64,000 bases of DNA from Candidatus Shapirobacteria bacterium GW2011_GWF2_37_20 (GTDB lineage: Bacteria > Patescibacteriota > Microgenomatia > UBA12405), in NCBI GenBank assembly GCA_000989305.1, contig LBTB01000002.1:40411-104410 (forward strand), given 5' to 3'. The number at the start of each line of letters is the position of its first letter. Within the stretch, counting starts at the first letter, position 1. The notes beneath the pieces were generated by a model. It ran no database searches. It was not told the origin of the DNA and was given only the letters and a program-made list of their open reading frames with translations. Below are positions 1 through 9,765 of this stretch, one piece after another. The position numbers and the translations under genes were made by a program.

Positions 1-216
1 CCTTCTCTTCGCGAAGTCTTAAACTCTTCGGCTCTGTATATTAATCCGGAAAAATCCAGCACTTTAATTTCAGCCTTTCAAAAAATGATCGATCAGAAGT
101 TTCGCCAAAAACTTATTGAAAAAAGTAAATTTCAAGCAAATAAATTCACCTGGGAAAACTCAGCTAAAAATTTAATTTTACTTTTTCACCAAAAATTTGG
201 GGCTAAAAATGTATAA
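1..216 (+). CDS. Glycosyltransferase family 4, C-terminal fragment (5' end outside window)
   Basis: Frame 1 reads PSLREVLNSSALYINPE...KFTWENSAK to TAA at 214-216, a typical GT4 C-terminus; not in ORF track. Confidence 0.75.
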   Translation, partial: PSLREVLNSSALYINPEKSSTLISAFQKMIDQKFRQKLIEKSKFQANKFTWENSAKNLILLFHQKFGAKNV

Positions 217-223
217 TTCATCT

Positions 224-817
224 ATGAATCAATATGTTGGCCAAAAAGTTACCCTAAGCAATATATTTCCCAAGATTATCAATCGCCTTAGAACTATCGG
301 TTTAGAGTTGGTATTACTCTTTCTTCGCTGTGTTGGATATATTCCCCTTCATACAGTTCGTAAAATAATCTATATACTTTTTGGTGTAAAAATGCCCTTT
401 GATTCCAATATTTATATGGGTGCCAATTTTTTTAACCCTTCTGGCATCACCATTGGTCACGATTCGTTAATCGGATCTAATTGTTTTCTTGATGGCCGCG
501 CCCCTCTGACCATAGGTAATCACACCAGTCTGGCCAGTGAAGTAATGATCTACAACGACGAACACAATCTTAACTCACCAAATTACGAAAATTCTTTTGG
601 TGCCGTTACCATCGATGATTATGTATTTATTGGTCCCCGGGCCATAATTCTTCCCGGAGTCTCAATCGGAAGGGGAGCGGTTGTTGCTGCCGGCGCAGTG
701 GTTACCAAAAATATTCCGGATTTTGAAATTTGGGGTGGAGTTCCCGCCAAAAAAATCTCTGATCGTCAAATCAAAGATCCTCAATATAAACTTGGTCGAC
801 CAATGCTTTTCCAATAA
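224..817 (+). CDS. Hexapeptide-repeat O-acetyltransferase (WbbJ/LacA-like)
   Basis: Left-handed beta-helix repeats (IGHDSLIG, VTIDDYVFIG, IGRGAVVAAGAVV, GGVPAK); start moved to ATG 224 behind TATAAT. Confidence 0.85.
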   Translation: MNQYVGQKVTLSNIFPKIINRLRTIGLELVLLFLRCVGYIPLHTVRKIIYILFGVKMPFDSNIYMGANFFNPSGITIGHDSLIGSNCFLDGRAPLTIGNHTSLASEVMIYNDEHNLNSPNYENSFGAVTIDDYVFIGPRAIILPGVSIGRGAVVAAGAVVTKNIPDFEIWGGVPAKKISDRQIKDPQYKLGRPMLFQ

Positions 818-1362
818 TGCTAAAAAAACTTCTACCAATTATTGTTGTTGTCGTTAATGCTGTATTTTTAACCTATCTCTTAATTCCTACCCCCACCCTT
901 AAGCCTCTTCCCAATAGTGTCAAATCCACTGAGCCGGGAGACACAGTCCAACTAAAAAATGTTTCCGCCTATTACACTAATCTTTCCCGGACGGAAATTA
1001 TGAATTTCTACAGATCATCCTACACCAATCCTCTTGTAATCCGTTTAAATTATCCACCCGAATTAAGTAAGATAATTTTCCGTGACACCATCCAAAGTTA
1101 TTATCTGGAAGAGTTATCCATTCCCTTTAAAGAATCTCTCTATATCAATGGTTTTGAATGGGAAAATGACGTCTTTACCAAACCCGAAAAAAGAATAAAG
1201 AATAAATTGCTTTTTGAAGGTATTGAGTATCGCGCCAAAATTACCCTAAAAACCATCCCCACCTCGATTCCCGTCCGCCTGCTTAGCTTTTTTGGTACTG
1301 AGATTGCATTAATTGGTGTAAGTTACCTCTACTTAAAATTTTTAAAAAACCGTGGTCGTTAA
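817..1362 (+). CDS. Hypothetical membrane protein with N- and C-terminal TM helices
   Basis: 181-aa ORF coupled to the upstream gene (TAATG); hydrophobic ends. Confidence 0.7.
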   Translation: MLKKLLPIIVVVVNAVFLTYLLIPTPTLKPLPNSVKSTEPGDTVQLKNVSAYYTNLSRTEIMNFYRSSYTNPLVIRLNYPPELSKIIFRDTIQSYYLEELSIPFKESLYINGFEWENDVFTKPEKRIKNKLLFEGIEYRAKITLKTIPTSIPVRLLSFFGTEIALIGVSYLYLKFLKNRGR

Positions 1363-2284
1363 GCCTCTTTTATCCATCATTATTGTTTCTTTTAATACCT
1401 GTCAAATCACTCTTGACTGCTTAAAATCTGTATTTAAAGATAAGGGCTTAGAATTTGATTTAAGTAAAACCACTCCAAGCGAAAAAATCCCCACCGAAAT
1501 AATTGTTGTCGACAATGATTCAAAAGACAATTCTGTAAAAGAGTTACAAAAAGTCAAAAACATAACCCTGATTGCCAATAAAGAAAATTCCGGTTTCGGT
1601 AAGGCCAATAATCAAGCTATAGAAATTTCCTCCGGCAATTACATTTTGTTGCTTAATTCCGACACCTTAGTTCTCCATTCAGCCATCAGTCAAAGTTTAA
1701 ACTGGCTTTCAGCCCATCCCGAAGCCCACATGTGTAGCGCCCAACTCCTAAACAAAGACCTCAGTATTCAGGCTAGTGGTGGTCATTTCCCCAACCTCCT
1801 CAATACGCTCGCTTGGTCATTTGGCTTAGATGATTTACCTTTCTTTAACTCCCTTGTTCCCGCCTTTCATCCCCACACTCCTCAGTTTTATACCCATGAA
1901 AAATTCTTTACTAAAGACCACCAACAAGATTGGGTTACCGGCGCCTTTATGTTAATCCGTCGCTCTATAGTCGACCAAACCAAAGGTTTTGATGAAAGTT
2001 ATTTTATGTACGGCGAGGAAGTTGAATGGGCCTACCGCATGCATCTTGCCTTACCTCAATCACAAACCTGGTACCTGGTTGGACCCCAAATTATTCATCT
2101 GGGCGGAGCCTCTGCCATCAAACGCTCTGACCCCATCATTCGGGAATATACCGGTGTTATCGCTTTCTTTCAACGACATCGTCCTCAATGGCAAACCGCA
2201 ATAGTTAAAAAAGCGTTAAAAATAAATGCCTGTCTCAGGAGCTTAATTATTCCTATCTACAAAGAAGTATGTTCAAAAATGTAA
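1352..2284 (+). CDS. Glycosyltransferase family 2 (WbbL-like)
   Basis: SIIIVSFN, VVDNDSKD, NSGFGKANN, LLNSD, FDESYFMYGEEVEW motifs. Confidence 0.9.
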   Translation: MVVKPLLSIIIVSFNTCQITLDCLKSVFKDKGLEFDLSKTTPSEKIPTEIIVVDNDSKDNSVKELQKVKNITLIANKENSGFGKANNQAIEISSGNYILLLNSDTLVLHSAISQSLNWLSAHPEAHMCSAQLLNKDLSIQASGGHFPNLLNTLAWSFGLDDLPFFNSLVPAFHPHTPQFYTHEKFFTKDHQQDWVTGAFMLIRRSIVDQTKGFDESYFMYGEEVEWAYRMHLALPQSQTWYLVGPQIIHLGGASAIKRSDPIIREYTGVIAFFQRHRPQWQTAIVKKALKINACLRSLIIPIYKEVCSKM

Positions 2285-3663
2285 ACATTTTTAGGATAAT
2301 TTTAGCCTCTTTGATTGTTTTTATCCCTCTCTATCCTAAATTCCCCCTCTTAAGCGTTAACGGTACTTACGTAGCCATCAGACTTGACGATATTATTATC
2401 GGCCTCTCTATTATTTTCTGGTTATTTCACCAACTAAAAAATCGCTTTCCCTTTTTTAAACAGAGAATCACCCCACTATTTATTGCCTATTTTATAGCCA
2501 TAGTCATCAGTACTCTCAATGCCATCTTAATTTACCAAACCACTTCTCCTTCAATTCTTATTCTCAACACTCTCCGCCGTTTTGAATACATTTCTTTATT
2601 TTTTATTACTCTTGAAGGTGTAAAAAATCTCAAAGATTTTCTTTATCCTTACCTTTTTTCTCTCTTGGCTCTTTTTGGAATTGCCATCTATGGTTATGGG
2701 CAAAAGTTTTTTCAATTTCCAGTCATCTCCACCATGAATGAAGAGTTTTCCAAAGGCCAACTTCTACAAATGAATGTTTGGACCAGAATTTCTTCAACCT
2801 TTGCCGGTCACTACGATTTAGCCGCTTATCTCAGTCTGGTTTTAATAATAATTGGGGCCGTAGCTGTCATCAGTAAAAAAGCCTGGTTAAAAATTCCTTC
2901 ATTTATTCTATTTTTAGTTGGATTTCATCTCCTAACCCTCACTGCTTCGCGGGTTTCTATTTTCTCTTTTTGGGGAGCTATTGTTCTTTGTTTTATCTTA
3001 TTACGCCGATATTTATGGGTAATTCCTGTTTCAGTCTTAGTTGTCTTTAGTATCGTCAATTCAAAAGACCTCAACCAGCGTCTTTTGGCCACCATCCCTT
3101 CCTTAAAATTCCAAATAGAAAAAAATAAACCAACCACTACTCCCGTCCCCAGTTTAGCTCCCACACCCACCTCAGCTGTTATTGCCGTTACCACTCCCAA
3201 AAAGCTTCTTTCTCCCACCCCTACTGTTTTTAGACATCCTCCTGAATATGAAGTAACCCCGGCTGACCTTGATGCCGGTGTTGCCAGATCCGGTGAAATC
3301 CGATTTAATGTTGAATGGCCCCGGGCCATGACTGCCTTCAAAAAAAATCCTCTCCTGGGCACTGGACCCGGCTCAATAACCTTAGCCACAGACAACGATT
3401 ACCTCCGCTCGCTAGGAGAAAGCGGTCTCTTTGGTTTTTTTACATTTATTGTTATATTTATTTACTTGTTTATAAGAACCATTCCTCTGATATTTAAAAG
3501 ACCCACAGACTTAAAATCACAATTATCCCTTATCTTTTTTTCGGTAATGCTTTGTATTTGGGCCAACGCCGTCTTCATCGATATCTTTGAAGCCTCAAAA
3601 GTTGCCTATACAATTTGGATAATTATGGCTCTTTATTATCAAAGTCTCCACCTAAAAAAATGA
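2269..3663 (+). CDS. O-antigen ligase/polymerase-like (Wzy_C) membrane protein with Pro/Thr-rich loop
   Basis: Multiple TM helices; RISSTF, LTASR, NPLLGTG, DNDYLRSLGESG motifs. Confidence 0.75.
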   Translation: MFKNVNIFRIILASLIVFIPLYPKFPLLSVNGTYVAIRLDDIIIGLSIIFWLFHQLKNRFPFFKQRITPLFIAYFIAIVISTLNAILIYQTTSPSILILNTLRRFEYISLFFITLEGVKNLKDFLYPYLFSLLALFGIAIYGYGQKFFQFPVISTMNEEFSKGQLLQMNVWTRISSTFAGHYDLAAYLSLVLIIIGAVAVISKKAWLKIPSFILFLVGFHLLTLTASRVSIFSFWGAIVLCFILLRRYLWVIPVSVLVVFSIVNSKDLNQRLLATIPSLKFQIEKNKPTTTPVPSLAPTPTSAVIAVTTPKKLLSPTPTVFRHPPEYEVTPADLDAGVARSGEIRFNVEWPRAMTAFKKNPLLGTGPGSITLATDNDYLRSLGESGLFGFFTFIVIFIYLFIRTIPLIFKRPTDLKSQLSLIFFSVMLCIWANAVFIDIFEASKVAYTIWIIMALYYQSLHLKK

Positions 3664-4874
3664 CCAAAAAAAGACGCATTCTCATGATCACCCCTTATAT
3701 CCCCAGATTGTCACAATCCGGCGGACAAAGATCATCCTTCTATTCTATAAAGTACCTGGCTCCCAAAAACGACATCACCCTGATTTGTTTCAGCCGCGAC
3801 GAGGAAGGGGTTGAAGATGTTCGTCAATACTGTCAAAAAGTAATTGTTGTCAAAAGGGGCAAAACCTGGGACATAAAAAAAGTTTTTGCCACTGCTTTTA
3901 GTCCTTATCCCTTTTTGGTGGTTAACTACATTTCCGATGATTTTCGCAAAACCATCCAGCAGGAAATTGATACTCATAAGTTTGATCTGATTCACTGCGA
4001 TTGTTTTTACCCCATGCCCAATATCCCCAAAACCAACATTCCGGTAGTTTTAGTGGACTTAACTATTGAATATGCCGTTTATCAGCACTACGTCGAAAGC
4101 CTTTCCGGTTGGCGAAAACTTCTTGCTCCTATTTTATGGGTTGATGTCCGTAAATTAAAATATTGGGAAACCCACTATTGGAAAAATACTCACACCGTCG
4201 TTGCCTTTGGCATCGAAGACCAAAAAATTATCTCTGAAATTACCGGTCGAAATGATATTCAATATTTCCAAAACGGAGTTGATCAAAAATATATCGACGC
4301 TCCCATTAAAACTAAAAAATCGAAACGTCCCTCTATCCTTTTTGGGGTTTCCAACATGAAATGGATGCAAAACAGAGAATCGGTTGAGTTGATTCTTCAA
4401 AATTACTGGCCTCAAATTAAAGCTCAAATTCCCGATTGCCAGCTCAACATCATTGGCCGTTTTGCTCCTGAGTTTTTTGGGAAATATGCCTCCAAAGATA
4501 TTATTGTGGCCGAAGCCGATGCTGACGGTCAGGCAAAAGATCCCCAATATTATTACCAACATTGTTGGTTACTTTTAGCCCCAATGGGCAGTGGGGGAGG
4601 CACCCGTAATAAATTCCTTGAAGGTATGACCTTTGGTCTTCCGGTAATTACCAATCCAGAAGGAGGTATGGGTAGTATAAAAATAAAGAACTATAAACAT
4701 GCCATCGTTTGCCCCGACAATGAAATCCTAAAAAACGTTATCAAAATATTGACCGATACTAAGTTTCGAGAAAACCTCGGAACCAACGCCCGCAAACTTA
4801 TAAAAGACAATTATTCTTTTGTTAAATGCGTCGAAGGTCTTAACCAAATTTATGAAAATATCACTAAAAAATAA
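3660..4874 (+). CDS. Glycosyltransferase family 4
   Basis: RILMITPYIP...SGG N-terminus; GGGTRNKFLEGMTFGLPVIT; start at ATGA overlap 3660. Confidence 0.85.
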   Translation: MTKKRRILMITPYIPRLSQSGGQRSSFYSIKYLAPKNDITLICFSRDEEGVEDVRQYCQKVIVVKRGKTWDIKKVFATAFSPYPFLVVNYISDDFRKTIQQEIDTHKFDLIHCDCFYPMPNIPKTNIPVVLVDLTIEYAVYQHYVESLSGWRKLLAPILWVDVRKLKYWETHYWKNTHTVVAFGIEDQKIISEITGRNDIQYFQNGVDQKYIDAPIKTKKSKRPSILFGVSNMKWMQNRESVELILQNYWPQIKAQIPDCQLNIIGRFAPEFFGKYASKDIIVAEADADGQAKDPQYYYQHCWLLLAPMGSGGGTRNKFLEGMTFGLPVITNPEGGMGSIKIKNYKHAIVCPDNEILKNVIKILTDTKFRENLGTNARKLIKDNYSFVKCVEGLNQIYENITKK

Positions 4875-5805
4875 CCCTATTCTTTCGGTTGTCATCTTAA
4901 ATTACAATGCCAAGGATTATTTAAAAAAATGTTTACAAAGCATAAACAAATCCATTTTATCTGGCTACTCAATTGAAATTATTATTGCCGACAACGCTTC
5001 CACCGATAATAGTATCGAGTTGGCCAAAACTGTCAAAAGCACTAATCCTCAAATAAATTTTATCTTCAGAAATAACTCCGGAAATATCGGTTTTGCCGCC
5101 GGCAACAATGAGGGTCTTACTGCCTCCAATCCTGCCTCAAAATACGTCTTATTTCTAAATCCCGACACCACCGTTGAAACTGACACCTTTCGTAAAATCA
5201 TCGATTTTTTCCAACATCACCCGGATGTAGACGCCGCCACCTGCAACTTAATCCTGGCCTTAACCGGAAAAACCCAACCGGAATCTCATCGGGGTTTTCC
5301 CACCCCCTGGAACGCCTTTTGTCATTTTTTCGGCTTTGGTCTTCCCAAACTCTTTCCTCACACCAAATTTTTTAATGGTTATTTCTTGGGCCATTTAGAT
5401 TACTCCAAAGTTCAAAAAATTGATGCCTGCGTTGGTGCCTTTATCATGATCAAAAGGGAAGTCGGTCAAAAAATTAACTGGTGGAATGAAAAATATTTTA
5501 TGTACGGTGAAGATTTAGATCTTTGTTGGCAGATAAAACAAAAAGGTTTCAACCTCTATTTCTATCCCGGCTGTAAAACCACCCATTATCAGGGGGTTTC
5601 TTCCGGTATCATTGCCCACTCACAAAAAATTTCCTCTGCTTCACGTATCACCAAAGCCAGATCCGCCCTGGCCACCACCAGTGCTATGCGGATTTTTTAT
5701 CAGGAAAATTTAATTAAAAATTATCCCCACTCTCTTCATTGGCTCGTTTGGCTGGGTATTGATATCTTGGAAAAATACCGCCTTTTTAAGGCTAAATATC
5801 TATGA
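4852..5805 (+). CDS. Glycosyltransferase family 2
   Basis: SVVILNYN, DNASTD, NIGFAAGNN, FLNPD, FMYGEDLDLC. Confidence 0.9.
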   Translation: MKISLKNNPILSVVILNYNAKDYLKKCLQSINKSILSGYSIEIIIADNASTDNSIELAKTVKSTNPQINFIFRNNSGNIGFAAGNNEGLTASNPASKYVLFLNPDTTVETDTFRKIIDFFQHHPDVDAATCNLILALTGKTQPESHRGFPTPWNAFCHFFGFGLPKLFPHTKFFNGYFLGHLDYSKVQKIDACVGAFIMIKREVGQKINWWNEKYFMYGEDLDLCWQIKQKGFNLYFYPGCKTTHYQGVSSGIIAHSQKISSASRITKARSALATTSAMRIFYQENLIKNYPHSLHWLVWLGIDILEKYRLFKAKYL

Positions 5806-6929
5806 ACAGTAACATTGTCATCGATGCTAGGCTTTACGGACCACAGCATACAGGTTTGGGCCGATACACTAAAAACCTTTTAGTTGCCTTAAAGGGTTTA
5901 CCCACCTTCAACCAATACCACTTCACCCTTCTGGTTTATCCAGAATTGTTGACAGAAATAAAAAAAGACTTAGGTAATAATTTCACTTATGTCCCCACCA
6001 ATATCCGACATTATAGTCTCAGAGAACAATTGTGTTTACCTTTTTTACTAAACAAGCTTCATCCTGATCTTGTCCATTTTACTCACCTGGATAAACCCAT
6101 CTTGTATTTCAAAACATCCCTGGTGACCGTTCACGACTTGATCCGACATTTTTCCAAGGGCCCAGAGACTTCAACTAAAAGTTCCTTGCTTTATTGGCCA
6201 AAATACTGGGGTTATTTGCTAATGACTCGGATTGTTCTCGCTACCAGTTACCTAATTGTCCCTAGTAATTTTTGGCGTGACTATATTTTAAATAAATATA
6301 ATTTTAATCCAAAAAAAATTATTACCACCTACGAAGCCGTCGACCCCAAATTCCTCCAAAAATCTTCTAAACCCCAAAGTCTAAAATCTAATCCCTCAAA
6401 TTACATTCTCTATACCGGTAACTTATACCCTCATAAAAATATCGACATAGTCCTAAAAGCTCTCACCAAATTACCCTCAATTAAACTAAAAATAATTTGT
6501 GCCCGTTCGGTTTTTACCAAAACAATTGAAAAGCAAGTTTCACACTATCGTCTTCAAAAACAAGTCGAGTTTTTAGGTTTTGTTCCCGATAGTAAATTTT
6601 CTCAAATTTATCGTCAAGCCCTTGCCTTGGTCCACCCCTCATTCTGGGAGGGTTTTAGCCTCACCGGCCTAGAAGCCATGTCTCTCAATTGTCCAGTAAT
6701 TGCCGCTAAATCTAGTTGTTTACCTGAAATTTATGGTAATTCCGCGCTCTTTTTTGACCCAAAAGATTCAACTACTCTGATTGATCAAATTCTTCTCCTC
6801 CAAAAATCAGACACCTTACGTCATAAGCTAATCAAATTGGGACACTTGCAAGTTGCCAAATATTCATGGACAAAAACCGCCAAAGGCACTCTTTCATTTT
6901 ATGAAAAAATAATTCATGAAAAATCCTAA
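5802..6929 (+). CDS. Glycosyltransferase family 4 (mannosyltransferase-like)
   Basis: IDAR...TGLGRY, VTVHDL, PHKN, PSFWEGFSLTGLEAM. Confidence 0.9.
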   Translation: MNSNIVIDARLYGPQHTGLGRYTKNLLVALKGLPTFNQYHFTLLVYPELLTEIKKDLGNNFTYVPTNIRHYSLREQLCLPFLLNKLHPDLVHFTHLDKPILYFKTSLVTVHDLIRHFSKGPETSTKSSLLYWPKYWGYLLMTRIVLATSYLIVPSNFWRDYILNKYNFNPKKIITTYEAVDPKFLQKSSKPQSLKSNPSNYILYTGNLYPHKNIDIVLKALTKLPSIKLKIICARSVFTKTIEKQVSHYRLQKQVEFLGFVPDSKFSQIYRQALALVHPSFWEGFSLTGLEAMSLNCPVIAAKSSCLPEIYGNSALFFDPKDSTTLIDQILLLQKSDTLRHKLIKLGHLQVAKYSWTKTAKGTLSFYEKIIHEKS

Positions 6930-7980
6930 AGTAGCTATCTACTACGACTGGCTCAATCAGTGGGGTGGTGCAGAAAGAGTTTTGTTGGATCTTTTAGAGA
7001 TATATCCAAAAGCAGACATTTATACTCTGACCTACAACCCACAAAAAACATCCTGGCTCCCCAAAGGCCATCAGATATTCTCATTAAACTTAAAAAACAA
7101 ACTTTTATCTACCCCATTTTATGCCTATAAGTTAGAACAGATTGATTTTTCCTCTTATGATTTAGTTATTTCCACCACCTCAACTGTTGGCCACTGTCTC
7201 TTGACTCCCCCTCAATGTCTTTATATCTGCTATTTCCACAACATCAATCGTTATTTGTACCAACATCCTCCCGCCTTATTAAAACCGATATTAAATCAAT
7301 ACCAAAAAATTGATAAAATTTTTGCCACACGTCCCGACCATCTCTTTTGCAACTCCCAAAACGTGGCCTCACGCATTCAACAACATTATCACCGGGACGC
7401 TACCGTTCTTTATCCAGGAATTGACACCCAAAAATTTATCCCCAACCCCAAGCCACCACAAAAATATTTTTTGATTGTTTCTCGTCTTGTGGCTCACAAA
7501 AAAATTGATTTAGTTATTAATACGTTTAAAAGACTGCCTTATCGCCTAAAAATCGTTGGTACCGGTCGTGACGAGGCTTACTTAAAGTGTCTTGCTAATA
7601 ATTACCATAATATCGAATTTTATAAATCAATTGACGACTCTCAATTAATAAATCTATATCAAAACTGTCAGGGTCTAATTTATCCCCAGGAAGAAGACTT
7701 TGGCTTAACTGCCCTCGAAGTTCAATCCTGCGGTCGCGGAGTTATCGCCTTTAATCGGGGTGGTGCCAAAGAGTCAGTAATAAGCGGAAAAACCGGCATA
7801 TTTTTTGACAGACAAAGCCCAGAATCCCTCAGCGATGCCATCGAAAAATATTTATCAAAACCACCCCTAAGTGAGGACTGTCGTCGTCAAGCCATCAAGT
7901 TTGACCGACATAATTTTATGCTAAACTTTACCAAACAAGTCGACTCCATATGGTCAAAAAGACAAACCATTACATCATAA
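6916..7980 (+). CDS. Glycosyltransferase family 4 (WbaZ-like mannosyltransferase)
   Basis: KVAIYYDWLNQWGGAERVL, VSRLVAHKK, EEDFGLTALE. Confidence 0.9.
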   Translation: MKNPKVAIYYDWLNQWGGAERVLLDLLEIYPKADIYTLTYNPQKTSWLPKGHQIFSLNLKNKLLSTPFYAYKLEQIDFSSYDLVISTTSTVGHCLLTPPQCLYICYFHNINRYLYQHPPALLKPILNQYQKIDKIFATRPDHLFCNSQNVASRIQQHYHRDATVLYPGIDTQKFIPNPKPPQKYFLIVSRLVAHKKIDLVINTFKRLPYRLKIVGTGRDEAYLKCLANNYHNIEFYKSIDDSQLINLYQNCQGLIYPQEEDFGLTALEVQSCGRGVIAFNRGGAKESVISGKTGIFFDRQSPESLSDAIEKYLSKPPLSEDCRRQAIKFDRHNFMLNFTKQVDSIWSKRQTITS

Positions 7981-9038
7981 TTCTTTGCGGAGGTACCGGA
8001 CCCCGACTCTGGCCACTATCCCGGGTTAACCATCCCAAACAGTTTTTAAAAATTTTTTCCGATAATTCTTTACTTAAAGAAACCTTGTTACGTGCCCAAA
8101 AAATTGTTCCCCCGGAAAATATCTTTATTGTTACCAACAGCAAGTATTCCTCTCTCATTAAGCACGACCTCAAGGGACTAATCAAAGTTCAGAATGTTCT
8201 TGCTGAACCACAAAGAAAAAATACTGCCATGGCCATTCTGTATGCTTCAGCTGTTATTAGTCGCCTTAATCCCCAAGCCACCATCACCAGCTTTCCTTCT
8301 GATCATTTTATTGGTCAACTTAGCAATTTCAAACACGACATTAATCAAGGCTTTCAACTAGCCCAAAACAACGAAATTGTTACCTTTGGCATTAAACCCA
8401 ACTCACCCAGTACCTCTTTTGGATACATTCAGGTAAATCCCAAAAACCACGTTCTTCAATTTATTGAGAAACCAAAAATTGATCTTGCCAAAGAATTAAT
8501 CCGGAAAAATTCATGGTATTGGAATAGCGGTATCTACACTTTCAAAATTGATACCCTCATTAAAGAGTTTAGACTCTATTCAAAAGAATACCTTCCTCTC
8601 TTTATCAAGCTCCAGGAAAATTATCAGCATCCCAAAATAGTTCAAAAAATTTACTCTCTCTCACCCTCACTCCCCATCGACATCGCCATTTCCGAAAAAT
8701 CAAAAGCGATGACACTAATTCCAGCCACCTTTTCCTGGAACGATGTTGGTGAATGGAAATCAATCTACCAGGAATTACCCAAAAACAAAAACCATAATTC
8801 CACCTTACCCAAAAATGTAAAATATCTTGAATTAAACTCTAAAAACTGCCTTATTTCTGCCGATACTAATAAACTAGTAGGTCTGGTTGATGTCAACAAT
8901 TTAGCCGTAATTGACACTCCCGACGCCTTACTCATCTGCAATATCGCCAATGATGGCAGTTTTCGGGTTCGTGAATTAGTTTCAAAAATTGTTCAAAACC
9001 CCTCCCTTAAACATTATTTTACCGGTAAGTATGACTAA
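7950..9038 (+). CDS. manC: Mannose-1-phosphate guanylyltransferase (no C-terminal cupin/PMI domain)
   Basis: ILCGGTGPRLWPLSR..PKQF, PSDH, FIEKP, WNSG, WNDVGEW. Confidence 0.92.
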   Translation: MVKKTNHYIIILCGGTGPRLWPLSRVNHPKQFLKIFSDNSLLKETLLRAQKIVPPENIFIVTNSKYSSLIKHDLKGLIKVQNVLAEPQRKNTAMAILYASAVISRLNPQATITSFPSDHFIGQLSNFKHDINQGFQLAQNNEIVTFGIKPNSPSTSFGYIQVNPKNHVLQFIEKPKIDLAKELIRKNSWYWNSGIYTFKIDTLIKEFRLYSKEYLPLFIKLQENYQHPKIVQKIYSLSPSLPIDIAISEKSKAMTLIPATFSWNDVGEWKSIYQELPKNKNHNSTLPKNVKYLELNSKNCLISADTNKLVGLVDVNNLAVIDTPDALLICNIANDGSFRVRELVSKIVQNPSLKHYFTGKYD

Positions 9039-9747
9039 AAGAGATTTGCCTTTTTACTCTCTGCGTGTTTTTCTTTTCGCTCCCGTTAAAAGAGCCATTG
9101 ATATTTTTGGTTCAATAATTCTTCTGATAATATTTTCTCCCTTGATGCTTGTAACCGCTGTTTTGGTTTACAAAACCTCCAAAACCGGTATTGTCTCCAA
9201 ATATCCTCAAAAGGGACATGCTGATAATCTGTTGGACAATATATTTTTTCATCAAAAAAGAGTTGGTCGAGGAAAAGAATTTGACATGTATAAATTTCAT
9301 TCCATGTATATCGCTGATAATGATAATTTTTTAAAATCAGAGTACCCAAAACTTTGGAAAAAATATAAAGCCAACGACTGGAAACTATCCGCCAATGAAG
9401 ACCCCCGGATTACCCCCATTGGTAAATTTATTCGGGCCACCTCTATTGATGAGATGCCTCAATTCATAAATGTCCTCAAGGGAGACATGAGCTTAGTTGG
9501 TCCCCGGGCATATCGTGACCAGGAGTTACACGAATACGCTCAAAAATATCCCCAGACAAAAAAATATATTGAAGTCATTAGGACTGCCAAACCCGGTATC
9601 ACCGGCCTTTGGCAAGTATCAGGTAGAAACGACCTACCCTTTGAGAAAAGGGCTAAGATGGATGCCGACTATATTGAAAACCGTTCTCTCCGTCAAGAAA
9701 TTGCCATCATCTTCAAAACCCCCATGGCCATGTTTTCTCATTGGTAA
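9031..9747 (+). CDS. Priming sugar-phosphate transferase (WbaP/WcaJ/CpsE family)
   Basis: KRAIDI, DPRITPIGKFIRATSIDEMPQFINVLKGDMSLVGPR, KPGITGLWQVSGR. Confidence 0.92.
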   Translation: MTKRDLPFYSLRVFLFAPVKRAIDIFGSIILLIIFSPLMLVTAVLVYKTSKTGIVSKYPQKGHADNLLDNIFFHQKRVGRGKEFDMYKFHSMYIADNDNFLKSEYPKLWKKYKANDWKLSANEDPRITPIGKFIRATSIDEMPQFINVLKGDMSLVGPRAYRDQELHEYAQKYPQTKKYIEVIRTAKPGITGLWQVSGRNDLPFEKRAKMDADYIENRSLRQEIAIIFKTPMAMFSHW

Positions 9748-9765
9748 TACATGTTAAAATTATCC